A stretch of DNA of 64,000 nucleotides from Candidatus Pacearchaeota archaeon. GTDB taxonomy: Archaea; Nanobdellota; Nanobdellia; Pacearchaeales; GW2011-AR1. The first letter of the stretch is position 1, and the number at the start of each line of letters is the position of its first letter. A program made the position numbers and the translations under genes. Location of the stretch: assembly GCA_038874355.1 (NCBI GenBank), contig JAVZCO010000001.1:231637-295636 (forward strand). Direction: 5' to 3'. Positions 50,185 through 59,587 of this stretch are shown one piece after another. The notes beneath the pieces were generated by a model. It was not told where the DNA came from. It searched no databases and saw only the letters and a list, made by a program, of their open reading frames with translations.

Positions 50185-51260
50185 TTTTTATTATATTTTT
50201 AATGACAATTTGTTATTCTTTAAATGAAAATATAATTTTTGAATATCAAAATGAAGTATATTATGGAAAAGATTTTTTTGTAAATTTAACACTTATTAAT
50301 TTTTCTGATGTTTATGATGTGAAAATTGACATTTTTAGCTTAAACGGAAGCAGATTATCAAAAATATTTAATAATGGAAATTGGGTTTCAACTTATTATT
50401 ATGTCAATAATGCTATTAATACTTCTATTTCAAATTTTTCTAATTTTAATCTTAATATAACAGAACCTTATAATGGAACAGCAATTATAAATATAACATT
50501 AAGAAAATCTTCAACATCTTCAACATATAAATTTGGGTCTTACTTTTTAAATATAATTTATATAAATAATTCTTTAGAAGAGGAAAACAAAACTGAAAAA
50601 GAAAAAGAAATAGAAGAAGATACAGAAAATCTAGATAATGAAGAGAAAATTTTTATTTCTTTAGATTATGAAAAAGAAATAGAAAATGGAAAAGAATTTG
50701 AAGTTAAAGTTAAAGCTTATAATCTAAAAGAAGAATATTATGATATAAAAATTTATATAACGAAGAAAAATACAGAAAACATAATATCAGAGACCTATAA
50801 TGATGAAAAATGGAAATCTTCTAATTATTATGTAAAAAATGTTTTTTATACAAAAGGAAATATATCAGAAATTTTTAAAGTAAGAATAGATTCCGATTAT
50901 TCTGATTTTTATGGAGATGCAGAAATTAAAGCAAAAATAAGAAGAAGCAATTCTTCTACTTATATTTATTTTTATAAAAATGAAATAAAAATACTAAAAA
51001 AAGAAATTTCAGAAAGTAATCTCCAAAAAGAAAAAATTAAAGAAAAAAATATTACAAGTAATATTTCTTTAAATATAAAAAATGCTTCTTATTTAGAAGA
51101 AAATGAAGATATTATAAGATTAAATTCAAAAAAAGAAAATTTAAAAACTAAAGAAAATAAACTTTATTTATCAAAAAATGAATACATAAAAGAGTATTTA
51201 ATATACTTTTTTACTCTTTTTTGTATTTTTGTTATAATATATATTATAAGACAGAAATAA
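50142..51260 (+). CDS. secreted N-rich surface protein with C-terminal TM anchor
   Basis: N-terminal signal-like MSFLQKRNCWYLGLIFIIFLMTICYS and C-terminal TM YLIYFFTLFCIFVIIYII + RQK. Overlaps the upstream gene by 43 nt. Confidence 0.35.
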   Translation: MSFLQKRNCWYLGLIFIIFLMTICYSLNENIIFEYQNEVYYGKDFFVNLTLINFSDVYDVKIDIFSLNGSRLSKIFNNGNWVSTYYYVNNAINTSISNFSNFNLNITEPYNGTAIINITLRKSSTSSTYKFGSYFLNIIYINNSLEEENKTEKEKEIEEDTENLDNEEKIFISLDYEKEIENGKEFEVKVKAYNLKEEYYDIKIYITKKNTENIISETYNDEKWKSSNYYVKNVFYTKGNISEIFKVRIDSDYSDFYGDAEIKAKIRRSNSSTYIYFYKNEIKILKKEISESNLQKEKIKEKNITSNISLNIKNASYLEENEDIIRLNSKKENLKTKENKLYLSKNEYIKEYLIYFFTLFCIFVIIYIIRQK

Positions 51261-51261
51261 A

Positions 51262-51786
51262 ATGGAAGAACAAAAATTAGAAGTAATTTTAATACTAGAA
51301 ATACTTGGGAAACCACCACAATACTTAATAGAGTCTTTATCTAAATTAATAGAAAGTATATCAAAGGAAAATGGTGTTAGTTTAATAAATAAAAAAATAG
51401 CAGAACCAAAAGAAATTGATAAAGAACATAATATTTTTTCTAGTTTTGCAGAAATCGAATTATCAGTAAAAGATGTAACAACTTTAATTATTTTAATCTT
51501 TAATTATATGCCTTCTCATGTAGAATTAATAAGCCCATCTTCCATAGAAATAAAAAATTATGATTTGAATAATTTTTTTAATGAATTGACAAGAAGATTG
51601 CATCAATATGATGAAATAGCAAAAATATCTATTTTAGAAAAAAATATATTAATAAATCAATTGAAGCAAATACAAAAGAATATCCAATCACAAAGAAATA
51701 ATACAGAAATAAATAAAGATGAAGAAAAAAAAGAAATTAAAAATAATATTTCAAAAGAAAATAAAAAAAAGTTAGGGAAAAAATAA
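51262..51786 (+). CDS. hypothetical protein
   Basis: 174-aa ORF, start 1 nt after the previous stop. Confidence 0.3.
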   Translation: MEEQKLEVILILEILGKPPQYLIESLSKLIESISKENGVSLINKKIAEPKEIDKEHNIFSSFAEIELSVKDVTTLIILIFNYMPSHVELISPSSIEIKNYDLNNFFNELTRRLHQYDEIAKISILEKNILINQLKQIQKNIQSQRNNTEINKDEEKKEIKNNISKENKKKLGKK

Positions 51787-51814
51787 AAAGAAGTAATGGA
51801 AAAATAAAGAACAT

Positions 51815-53125
51815 CTATCTTTCTAAACTTTCCTTCGTCTCTTTTAAATCAAATTTTTCTTCATATCTTTTTGTTCTTTCTTTTAATATTTCTTTTGCTT
51901 CTTTTTTCTTTATCTTCGTCTTTTTTATAATAAAAAATATTAAACCACCTAAAATAATTATTAAAATAAATACAACAAAATTAGTATTCTTATTATTTTT
52001 ATCTTTTATTAATTTTACACATTCTGCATTTAAACAACATTTTTTTTCATAAGGATATTCTAAACTTTTTTCTAAGCTACTATTACAATATTCATCTTGG
52101 TTACATATTTTCCCAATTTCATAACAATGCTTCAAATATTCTTTACTTTCATTAACTAAAGATTCGTTTTCTGTTAATTTTATAAAAAATTTCATTTCTG
52201 TAAAATAATAAGGATAAAAACTTTCTGCTGCTATATTACCATATAAATCATTTGGTGGGGATATAATTCCTATTTCTATTTCTGAATAATTTTTAGAAGG
52301 AATAATATTTATTTTTTTAGGATATATATCGACATAATCATTTAATTCAGAAGATATTGTAATTTTTATTTCTTTAATGTCAAATGTTCCATTATTAAAA
52401 AGATAGATTTTTTTATTTATTTGAGAATTATTTTTAATATATATAGTTTCATTTAAAGGGTAAAAAATTAATATATTTGTAAAATTAGAAAAATTTTCTA
52501 TATTATTATTCGTTAAATTATGGTATGGGTAAATAAGAATTGGGATTTCGTACTTTTGATTTTCACATTCAATAATTATTTTTTTCATAGAATTATTTTT
52601 AATATCTTTTATAGAAAAAAGAATATTTTTTTCTTCTCCAGCTTTAAGAGAAAAATTTTTTATTTCTTTCTCAAAAGTTGTTTTTACATTAATATTCCCT
52701 TTATTAGAAATAACTTTTATAAAAAAATCTTTATTAGTAATAATAAAGCCAGGATTTATACTACACAAAGAAATATTTCCTTTAACAGAAAAATTAAATT
52801 TTAAATCTTCTTTTTTTATTTTTCCCTCTTCAAAGTAATATACATCTTTTATTATTAATGTATAATTTCTTTCTTTGTTTGGTAAAATAGCATATAAATA
52901 ATAAGAATTTTCTATTTTATTTATATCATATATCATAGATATAAAAATTCCATCCGAATAAAAAAATATATTATCTGCTTTTATATTTTCTAAAAAATTA
53001 CCATCTATTTTTATTATTAAAGTTTCTAATGGAGAATATTCATTCTTTAAATTAGTTTCTATACCCAAACTTAACGGAATAACAAATAAGAAAAATGATA
53101 AAATAAAAAATATTTTTATTCTCAT
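51815..53125 (-). CDS. secreted surface protein with Cys-rich stalk module and C-terminal TM anchor
   Basis: Signal peptide MRIKIFFILSFFLFVIPLSLG. C-terminal CYEIGKICNQDEYC...KKCCLNAEC then TM FVVFILIIILGGLIFFII + KK-rich tail. Confidence 0.4.
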   Translation of the reverse strand: MRIKIFFILSFFLFVIPLSLGIETNLKNEYSPLETLIIKIDGNFLENIKADNIFFYSDGIFISMIYDINKIENSYYLYAILPNKERNYTLIIKDVYYFEEGKIKKEDLKFNFSVKGNISLCSINPGFIITNKDFFIKVISNKGNINVKTTFEKEIKNFSLKAGEEKNILFSIKDIKNNSMKKIIIECENQKYEIPILIYPYHNLTNNNIENFSNFTNILIFYPLNETIYIKNNSQINKKIYLFNNGTFDIKEIKITISSELNDYVDIYPKKINIIPSKNYSEIEIGIISPPNDLYGNIAAESFYPYYFTEMKFFIKLTENESLVNESKEYLKHCYEIGKICNQDEYCNSSLEKSLEYPYEKKCCLNAECVKLIKDKNNKNTNFVVFILIIILGGLIFFIIKKTKIKKKEAKEILKERTKRYEEKFDLKETKESLER

Positions 53126-53180
53126 AAATGAAAAAAGAAGAATATATTAATAAACTTTTTGTATAGGTATTGGTATTATA

Positions 53181-55073
53181 TTATTCTTTGCTTAATTCCC
53201 TCAATTTTTTCATTGTTTCTTCTAATTCTTCATCTTTTTTAGAAGATTGTGCAGGCTTTTTTATCGGTTGTTGTATAGTCCTTAAAGGAGTAATTTGTTT
53301 TTGTTGATATTGCTGTTTTGGCAAACTTCCTAAACCATATCTTTGTAATGGTAAATAAGATTTTGAAGTAGGATAAGTTGTTGAAGTTGAAGGTGGAAAT
53401 GGAGGTCTTTTTGTTTTTATAACACTACTTTCTTTATAACCACTTCTTCTTTTAAAAAGAACAATCCTTATTCTGTTTCTGAAAATTATTAATAAGATTA
53501 CTATTATTATCATCAGTACTAATAAAAAGATTAATAATCCCTTTCCTTTCTTAGGTTCTTCTTTTTCTGAACAACATACTTTATTATCATTACATTCATA
53601 ATCTTTTTCTTCTTCATAATCTTTACAAGAAATTCTACAAGTATAATTATAACTTTCACATTCACTTTCTTCTTCTTTCTTTTCGCATTCTCCTAAACAA
53701 CAATAATTAGTATCAGCTGCATTAACAGTAGAAATAGAACATATTTCATCATTTTTACATATTTCTCCATAGCCATAATAACCAGATAGTTTTTGCATTT
53801 CGGAACATTTTTTCAAAATTATATTTTTTGAGCAACATTTATTTAATCCACTACAATAATATTGACTTAAAACTTCTCCTCCAACATCTTCACAATCTAA
53901 TGCAGACAAACAAAAATACCCTTTATCTATACAATTTTCTTTTTGAGGTATCTCATCACTACTTACTACAGATGGTCTTGGCCACCCAGCCCACAGTAAA
54001 AAAGAAGTATCTCTTATATTACCATTATTCCAGCATCCATCTTGTTGTTGCATTTCTTTTAACCATTCTTCTAATTTATTAAATGATTCATAAGACTTTG
54101 TTTTTATAGAAAATAAAGCAATAGCACTATCATAAAATTTTCCCTTTCCACTATTTAAATCCCAATAACCTTGACTTTTTTGTAAAGAAAGAATGTTTTC
54201 TATGTAATCATCAGTTTTAGTAAAATAATACAAAAAAGCATCTGGAAATAATTTTTGATTATCATCAGAATAAATAACTAAATATGGAATAAAATTTTTT
54301 ATATCATAACCGGCTTGTTGTAAAGCTAAAGAAGCAAATAAAGAAGCTTCATAATTACAATTATTTTTATCATCAGAAAAACAAAAATAGTTAATATTAT
54401 GAGTGACTTCGCTATTAGCAGAACCGGAATTTACTTCACTAGAAACATACCATACGTCGCTAATTATAGATTTTTTGTATAATAAAGTTGTAATAAAATT
54501 TTCGCTACAAGAAATAGTGAAATTATTGTCGAAACAACTCTCTTTAATTCTTAACCAATATCCATTATTTGCAATTTCTAAACAAGAACTAGAAGTAAAA
54601 GTAATTTTTTTATCTTCATTTATTATTAGTTTTGTATTGCCATTGTTCCATTTAACACTACAATTGCTTTTTTTTTCACTATCTATTACTAAATAAACCT
54701 GAATATCTTTTGCCTTTATTTTTTTACTTATTAACCATTCTTCTAATTTTAAAGTATTCTGATTGGAGTAATGTAAAGCTAATGTTGCTAAAGCAGTATC
54801 TTTAACTTTACAAGAATTTTTTGGGAAACAGTCATTAGATTTTTCTTTATTTATTTCTGTAACTAATTTGGAATTAAAAGAAGAATCATGAGCTAATGCA
54901 AGTAAAGAAAAACTTTTTTCTTCTAAGGATAAAGAATTTATTTTTTCATTTACTTTTTGTTTTAAACAAGAATATGCTTTTTCTTCCATCGTTTCATTAG
55001 AAGTAGCTATTACTAAATTTAAACAAAAAATTATAAAAAGAAAGGATAACATAAAACTTACTCTTTTTTTCAT
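53181..55073 (-). CDS. secreted surface protein with prenyltransferase/squalene-oxidase-like repeats, Cys-rich stalk, TM anchor and Pro/Gln-rich cytoplasmic tail
   Basis: Signal MKKRVSFMLSFLFIIFCLNLVIA. QSQGYWDLNSG and QQQDGCWNNGNIRDTSFLLWAGW resemble QW/PFTB repeats. Cys-rich block (GEICKNDEICS...CCLGEC), TM LLIFLLVLMIIIVILLIIF, ~100-aa tail. Confidence 0.45.
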   Translation of the reverse strand: MKKRVSFMLSFLFIIFCLNLVIATSNETMEEKAYSCLKQKVNEKINSLSLEEKSFSLLALAHDSSFNSKLVTEINKEKSNDCFPKNSCKVKDTALATLALHYSNQNTLKLEEWLISKKIKAKDIQVYLVIDSEKKSNCSVKWNNGNTKLIINEDKKITFTSSSCLEIANNGYWLRIKESCFDNNFTISCSENFITTLLYKKSIISDVWYVSSEVNSGSANSEVTHNINYFCFSDDKNNCNYEASLFASLALQQAGYDIKNFIPYLVIYSDDNQKLFPDAFLYYFTKTDDYIENILSLQKSQGYWDLNSGKGKFYDSAIALFSIKTKSYESFNKLEEWLKEMQQQDGCWNNGNIRDTSFLLWAGWPRPSVVSSDEIPQKENCIDKGYFCLSALDCEDVGGEVLSQYYCSGLNKCCSKNIILKKCSEMQKLSGYYGYGEICKNDEICSISTVNAADTNYCCLGECEKKEEESECESYNYTCRISCKDYEEEKDYECNDNKVCCSEKEEPKKGKGLLIFLLVLMIIIVILLIIFRNRIRIVLFKRRSGYKESSVIKTKRPPFPPSTSTTYPTSKSYLPLQRYGLGSLPKQQYQQKQITPLRTIQQPIKKPAQSSKKDEELEETMKKLRELSKE

Positions 55074-55149
55074 AAATATTTATAGTAGAATAGTATTTAA
55101 AATACTTTCGTTTAAAAAATTTTATAAATATATTATTCTATATAATTTC

Positions 55150-55479
55150 ATGAGACTCGGCGATTTAATCTCTTTAATTTTTGAAGAATACAGAAAGGGA
55201 GAAGAAAATCTAAAAGATCCTTTATTAGAAATTACAAGAGAATTAATAAATATAGAAAATATAGTGCAAGAAACTTATCCGTTTTTTAAAATATCAAATG
55301 TCTATTTATTCTCTTTAGATATCAGTTTAAAAAAATATGAAGAAATTCAAAATAAATCAAATTTGATTAATTTTATTGAAACTCTTAATTTAAGAGAAGA
55401 ATTAAGAGAATATCTGGAGAATAAAGTTATAGAAAATTACAAAAATAAATATCCATTTATTAACAAATTTTTAAAATGA
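55150..55479 (+). CDS. hypothetical protein
   Basis: 109-aa ORF, convergent with and overlapping the Cas4-like gene end by 9 nt. Confidence 0.3.
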   Translation: MRLGDLISLIFEEYRKGEENLKDPLLEITRELINIENIVQETYPFFKISNVYLFSLDISLKKYEEIQNKSNLINFIETLNLREELREYLENKVIENYKNKYPFINKFLK

Positions 55480-56271
55480 ATTTTCATTAAAACAAATATT
55501 TTTAAAATTACACATTTGACATTTTTTAAAATTACTGATTATTGGTATACTTTTCTTTTCTTTTAATACATTTTTAATTTCTTCCAAAATTTCTAAAAAT
55601 TCTTTCTTTAATTTATCATTAATTTCAATTTTCTTTTCTTCTTTTTTTGTTTCTATAAAGCCAAAATTAACTTTTCTATCAAATTTCTCTTCTAACAATA
55701 AGGCATATCCAACCAATTGCAGTTTATCTTCTTCATAAATTCTATCTTTATTTTTTATTTCATAAGGAATAATATTATCATTTATCTCCACCCTATCTAT
55801 TCTTCCCTTTAAAAATAATTTTTTAGAAATTATCTCAATTTCTGAATAATATTTTCTTGGTAAATTTTCCCATAATTTTTCTTCAAAATATCCTTTATTT
55901 ATTCCTTCTTCCAGAGAAGATACTCTCAACAAAATTTCCCTTTCTAATTTATTTAAAATATTTTTCTTTAATTCAAATACATTTATATTATATTTTAAAA
56001 TTTTTTCTTCATTTATTTTTATTATTTCACTTAATATTTTTAATACTTCAAATTTATACATCTTTAATATTTCTTCTCTGCCTATTTTTTTTCTTATTCT
56101 TGTTATTATTTCTTTTTCATTTTTATTAAATATATCAAAAATATCATGTTTAATCTTTCCTTCAATCATTCTAGGTGTTGGTTTTTCTTTAATTTTCATT
56201 ATTCTTTTTATATACATCTTTCTTGGGCAATATAGATAAGAAGCAATTTCTGTAACATTTAAAAATCTCAT
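55471..56271 (-). CDS. Cas4-like PD-(D/E)XK nuclease (DUF83) with Fe-S cysteines
   Basis: N-terminal ASYLYCPRKMYI (Cas4 YxxCPR motif). RIDRVE...YEIKN (D..EhK catalytic motif). C-terminal CQMCNFKNIC (three Cys). Confidence 0.6.
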   Translation of the reverse strand: MRFLNVTEIASYLYCPRKMYIKRIMKIKEKPTPRMIEGKIKHDIFDIFNKNEKEIITRIRKKIGREEILKMYKFEVLKILSEIIKINEEKILKYNINVFELKKNILNKLEREILLRVSSLEEGINKGYFEEKLWENLPRKYYSEIEIISKKLFLKGRIDRVEINDNIIPYEIKNKDRIYEEDKLQLVGYALLLEEKFDRKVNFGFIETKKEEKKIEINDKLKKEFLEILEEIKNVLKEKKSIPIISNFKKCQMCNFKNICFNENSF

Positions 56272-57500
56272 TTTTTTTTCATTATTTTATTTTTTAGTAT
56301 AGTATAATTAATAGGATTTTTTATCTTTTTACAAAAATCATCAGAATAACATATATCTATATCCTTGTAATAAGATTTATCACAATTAGGAGGTAATATT
56401 CCCTTGTGTAAAAAATTATATTTTATTTGTTGTAATAAATAATTTTCTTTTAAAGGTTTTTTATTTTTTAAATTCCATTCCTCTACTTTTTTTAATATTT
56501 CTTCTTTTGTAAAATTTAAACTTCTATAATAATTTATTAAAATAAAAAGAGCTCTTTTTCTTCCATCATCTAAGCCTTCTAATATTTTTTTTATACACGG
56601 AGGGTAATATATTGTAGATTTGTCTATTTCTATTTTTTCAAAATTTTTTGTATAAATTTTTTCTTCTTTTTTTATACTTTCTTTCCAATCTAATGCTTGT
56701 ATTAGTAATTCCTTTGCTTCATTTTTTCTAGCTTCTGGATAAAAATTTTTTACTTTTATTTTTAAGTAATGAGCATCCTTCGGTTCAAATGAATCTAATT
56801 CTTTTTTTTCTATAACAACAGAAACTAAACCAGTTTTTTCATGTAAAGAATAAGGAGTTCTGAATAAATGTCTTGAGGAAACTAGAACTAAGTCGGGAAT
56901 AACTCTTTTTGCTTCTTGTTCGTCCCTTATGTAATCTTTTTTTGTTGTTATCCTTGAAATTTCTTTTATTAATTCTTTTTCAACAAACTTATGTAAATAA
57001 GAAATTATTGTCCTAGGAAATTCTGGGAACATCTTCCTTATTTCAATATTGTTTATTTTTTCTGGAAAAGCTTTCCATGGAATTATTATGTGGAATCCTT
57101 TGCTTCCAGAAAATTTTATTCCATAATTTTTTATATCATGGAATTCTAAGGTTTTTATTATTAGCTTAGTCATTATTTTACTATATTCAAAGTATTTACT
57201 ATCGATATCTAAAATTAAATCCCAACCAATTCTTAATTCATCCATTTCTTTTCTATCTAAATTTTTACTTAAATCTAAAGGATTTTTCCATAATTCTTCG
57301 GAACAATGGAAACTTGTAGCACCTTTTTTAACTTCTTGTAAGATTTCATCTTCATATTCTATTATATTTGGCCTTTTTCCAAAATTTTCTTGATATTTTG
57401 TTATCGTTTCTCTGTTTTTACAAAAATCTTTTATTGCTTTTTGTATCTCTTTTCTAGAATAATAAATCTTGCTTATTTCTTTTATACTCTCTTTTTTCAT
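56268..57500 (-). CDS. DNA primase, fused PriS (catalytic) - PriL C-terminal Fe-S domain (Nanoarchaeum-type)
   Basis: Central WDLILDIDSK (primase DxD catalytic motif). C-terminal YYPPCIKKIL...PPNCDKSYYKDIDICYSDDFC resembles the PriL 4Fe-4S domain (PPC motif). Stop overlaps the Cas4-like start (ATGA). Confidence 0.5.
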   Translation of the reverse strand: MKKESIKEISKIYYSRKEIQKAIKDFCKNRETITKYQENFGKRPNIIEYEDEILQEVKKGATSFHCSEELWKNPLDLSKNLDRKEMDELRIGWDLILDIDSKYFEYSKIMTKLIIKTLEFHDIKNYGIKFSGSKGFHIIIPWKAFPEKINNIEIRKMFPEFPRTIISYLHKFVEKELIKEISRITTKKDYIRDEQEAKRVIPDLVLVSSRHLFRTPYSLHEKTGLVSVVIEKKELDSFEPKDAHYLKIKVKNFYPEARKNEAKELLIQALDWKESIKKEEKIYTKNFEKIEIDKSTIYYPPCIKKILEGLDDGRKRALFILINYYRSLNFTKEEILKKVEEWNLKNKKPLKENYLLQQIKYNFLHKGILPPNCDKSYYKDIDICYSDDFCKKIKNPINYTILKNKIMKKK

Positions 57501-57555
57501 TTTTATATAAAAAATAATAACAAAGCTTTTAAACTCTTCCTTTTATTTATTTATT

Positions 57556-58278
57556 ATGTTATTAAAATTTATTAATCCTAAATTATTTGTAGATATAATA
57601 AGTATAATTTCAGAATTAGTCACAGAAGTGAAAATAAAAATAAATAAAGATGGTTTAACAATAATAGCAATAGATCCCGCTAATGTTTCTCTGGTTTATT
57701 TTAAAATTCCACCATCCGCATTTTCTATTATAGATATTGAAGAAGAAGAAATATTAGGAGTTAATTTAGATAATCTAAAAACAATACTTAAAAGATATTC
57801 AGCAGGAGATTTAATTTTTCAAACAGAAGAAAATTCTCTAATCATAGAAATACAAGAAAAAATAAAAAGGACTTTTAATCTAGCATTAATAAGTTTGGAT
57901 GAAGAGGAAAAATCAATTCCTACTTTAGATTTCAAAGCAAATGTTCAAATGAGTAGTGTAGATTTTGATATAGCAATACAAGATTGTTCTATAGTTTCAG
58001 AATCTTGTGCATTTATAATTAAAGATAATAAATTTGTCATAGAAGCTCATAGCTTAAATTCAGCAAAATTAGAATTTTCCTCTGATGAAGTTAAAGTGGC
58101 AGGAATCGCTAAATCTAAATATTCTTTAGAATATTTAAAAAAATTTACTAAAGCTTGCAAATTAACAGATAGTGTTTCAATAAGTTTTGCTGATGATTAT
58201 CCATTACAATTAAAATTTTATTCTTCTTCCTTTGAATTAATTTTTATTTTAGCCCCAAGAGTTGAGACAGAAGATTAA
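57556..58278 (+). CDS. pcn: DNA polymerase sliding clamp PCNA
   Basis: 240 aa. MLLKFINPKLFVDIISIISELVTEVKIKINKDGLTIIAIDPANVSLV is a typical PCNA N-terminus, two-domain length. Confidence 0.8.
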   Translation: MLLKFINPKLFVDIISIISELVTEVKIKINKDGLTIIAIDPANVSLVYFKIPPSAFSIIDIEEEEILGVNLDNLKTILKRYSAGDLIFQTEENSLIIEIQEKIKRTFNLALISLDEEEKSIPTLDFKANVQMSSVDFDIAIQDCSIVSESCAFIIKDNKFVIEAHSLNSAKLEFSSDEVKVAGIAKSKYSLEYLKKFTKACKLTDSVSISFADDYPLQLKFYSSSFELIFILAPRVETED

Positions 58279-58433
58279 TTTTTAATTTAAAATAAATTAA
58301 TTCTTTCTATTCCTGGAAAGATTTATATACTTATAATTTTTATTATTATGTATTATTTAGTAATAAAAAATAAATAAAATATTACAAAGTAATATAAAAT
58401 AATACGAAGTTAGAATAAAAAAGAGGAAAAATA

Positions 58434-58580
58434 ATGAAATTAAGAATTTCTGCAACTATAGAAAAAGAAACTCTAGAAAAAATTAAAAAAATTCTTAATA
58501 AAGGAAAGTATCGTAATTTATCTCATTTTATAGAGGAGGCAATAAAAGATTTTTATGAGAGAAATAAAGGTGGAAGATAA
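58434..58580 (+). CDS. ribbon-helix-helix (CopG/Arc-like) small DNA-binding protein (48 aa)
   Basis: MKLRISATIEKETLEKIKKILNKGKYRNLSHFIEEAIKDFYERNKGGR shows a beta-strand ISATIEKE plus two helices, the RHH pattern. Not in the ORF track. Confidence 0.5.
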   Translation: MKLRISATIEKETLEKIKKILNKGKYRNLSHFIEEAIKDFYERNKGGR

Positions 58581-58581
58581 T

Positions 58582-58806
58582 ATGCTCTTTAAAAAATTCT
58601 TAGGAATAACAAAAGAAATGGAAATATCTTGTTTAGAAGGATTAATTTCAAGATTAGAACATAATCCAAATGATAAAAAACTAATAGATAGAATTCGAAT
58701 AGGATTAAATGAATGTAAAAGAGATTATGGAATAGAATCAATATCTTATTATGAAAAAAAATATTACGAAATATTAAAAAACTTAATAGAAAAAAATGAA
58801 AAATAA
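58582..58806 (+). CDS. small hypothetical protein (74 aa) coupled to the RHH gene
   Basis: ATG at 58582 follows aaggtgg one nt after the RHH stop. The ORF track lists a longer out-of-frame start at 58555. Confidence 0.35.
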   Translation: MLFKKFLGITKEMEISCLEGLISRLEHNPNDKKLIDRIRIGLNECKRDYGIESISYYEKKYYEILKNLIEKNEK

Positions 58807-59587
58807 ATCTCAAACAACTTTGTTTGTTATAGTATCAATTCTTATAGTTTCTACAATTCTTTTATTTTTTTTTATTACAAGAGGAAAAACAATATTAAAA
58901 CCAGAAATTTCTTATATAGAACCTGAAGAATATATAAAAAAATGTGCAAAAGATTCTGTTACAGATGCTATAAATATTTTATTAGATCAAGGTGGAAATT
59001 TAAATCCAAAAAATTATCTTATTTTTGAAAATAAAAAAGTTTCTTTTTTATGTTACAATAGAAATTATTATTCTTCTTGTATTATACAATATCCTTTACT
59101 TGTAAATCATATAGAAAATGAAATTATAGATTATTCTCTTCCTAAAATAAAAGATTGTCTTTATAATTTATCTAAAAATTATAAGGAAAGAGGTTATGAA
59201 ATAGATTATGATCAACCAAAATTAGAAATAAAATTAAAACCAAATAAAGTTGATATAAATATTCTTTTTCAAAAAGGATTAATTATATCAAAAGAAGATA
59301 GCTTAAAAAAGTATGATGAGATTAAAACATATATTAGTTCTCCAATATATGATTTAGCAGATTTGGCATTAGAAATAGCAAGTCAAGAAGCAAAGTATTG
59401 TTATTTTTCAGTTTTAGGTTATTCTTTGTTATATCAAAGAATAGAAGTTAAAGTAACTCCATCGTTAAGAACATTAAATAATCCAGAAAGAATAGAAAGA
59501 GGGAAAATTTATATTTTAAAAGATATTTATAGTGGTAAGAAATTTTATTTTGCTGTTCGTGGATGCGAAATCCCACCTGGAATATAA
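58796..59587 (+). CDS. prepilin-like protein with class III (archaeal type IV pilin) signal peptide
   Basis: MKNKS/QTTLFVIVSILIVSTILLFFF = basic N-region, S-Q junction, hydrophobic stretch. Paralogous to the ORF starting at 63733 (shared C...GGNLNPKNY...LCY motifs). Confidence 0.4.
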   Translation: MKNKSQTTLFVIVSILIVSTILLFFFITRGKTILKPEISYIEPEEYIKKCAKDSVTDAINILLDQGGNLNPKNYLIFENKKVSFLCYNRNYYSSCIIQYPLLVNHIENEIIDYSLPKIKDCLYNLSKNYKERGYEIDYDQPKLEIKLKPNKVDINILFQKGLIISKEDSLKKYDEIKTYISSPIYDLADLALEIASQEAKYCYFSVLGYSLLYQRIEVKVTPSLRTLNNPERIERGKIYILKDIYSGKKFYFAVRGCEIPPGI

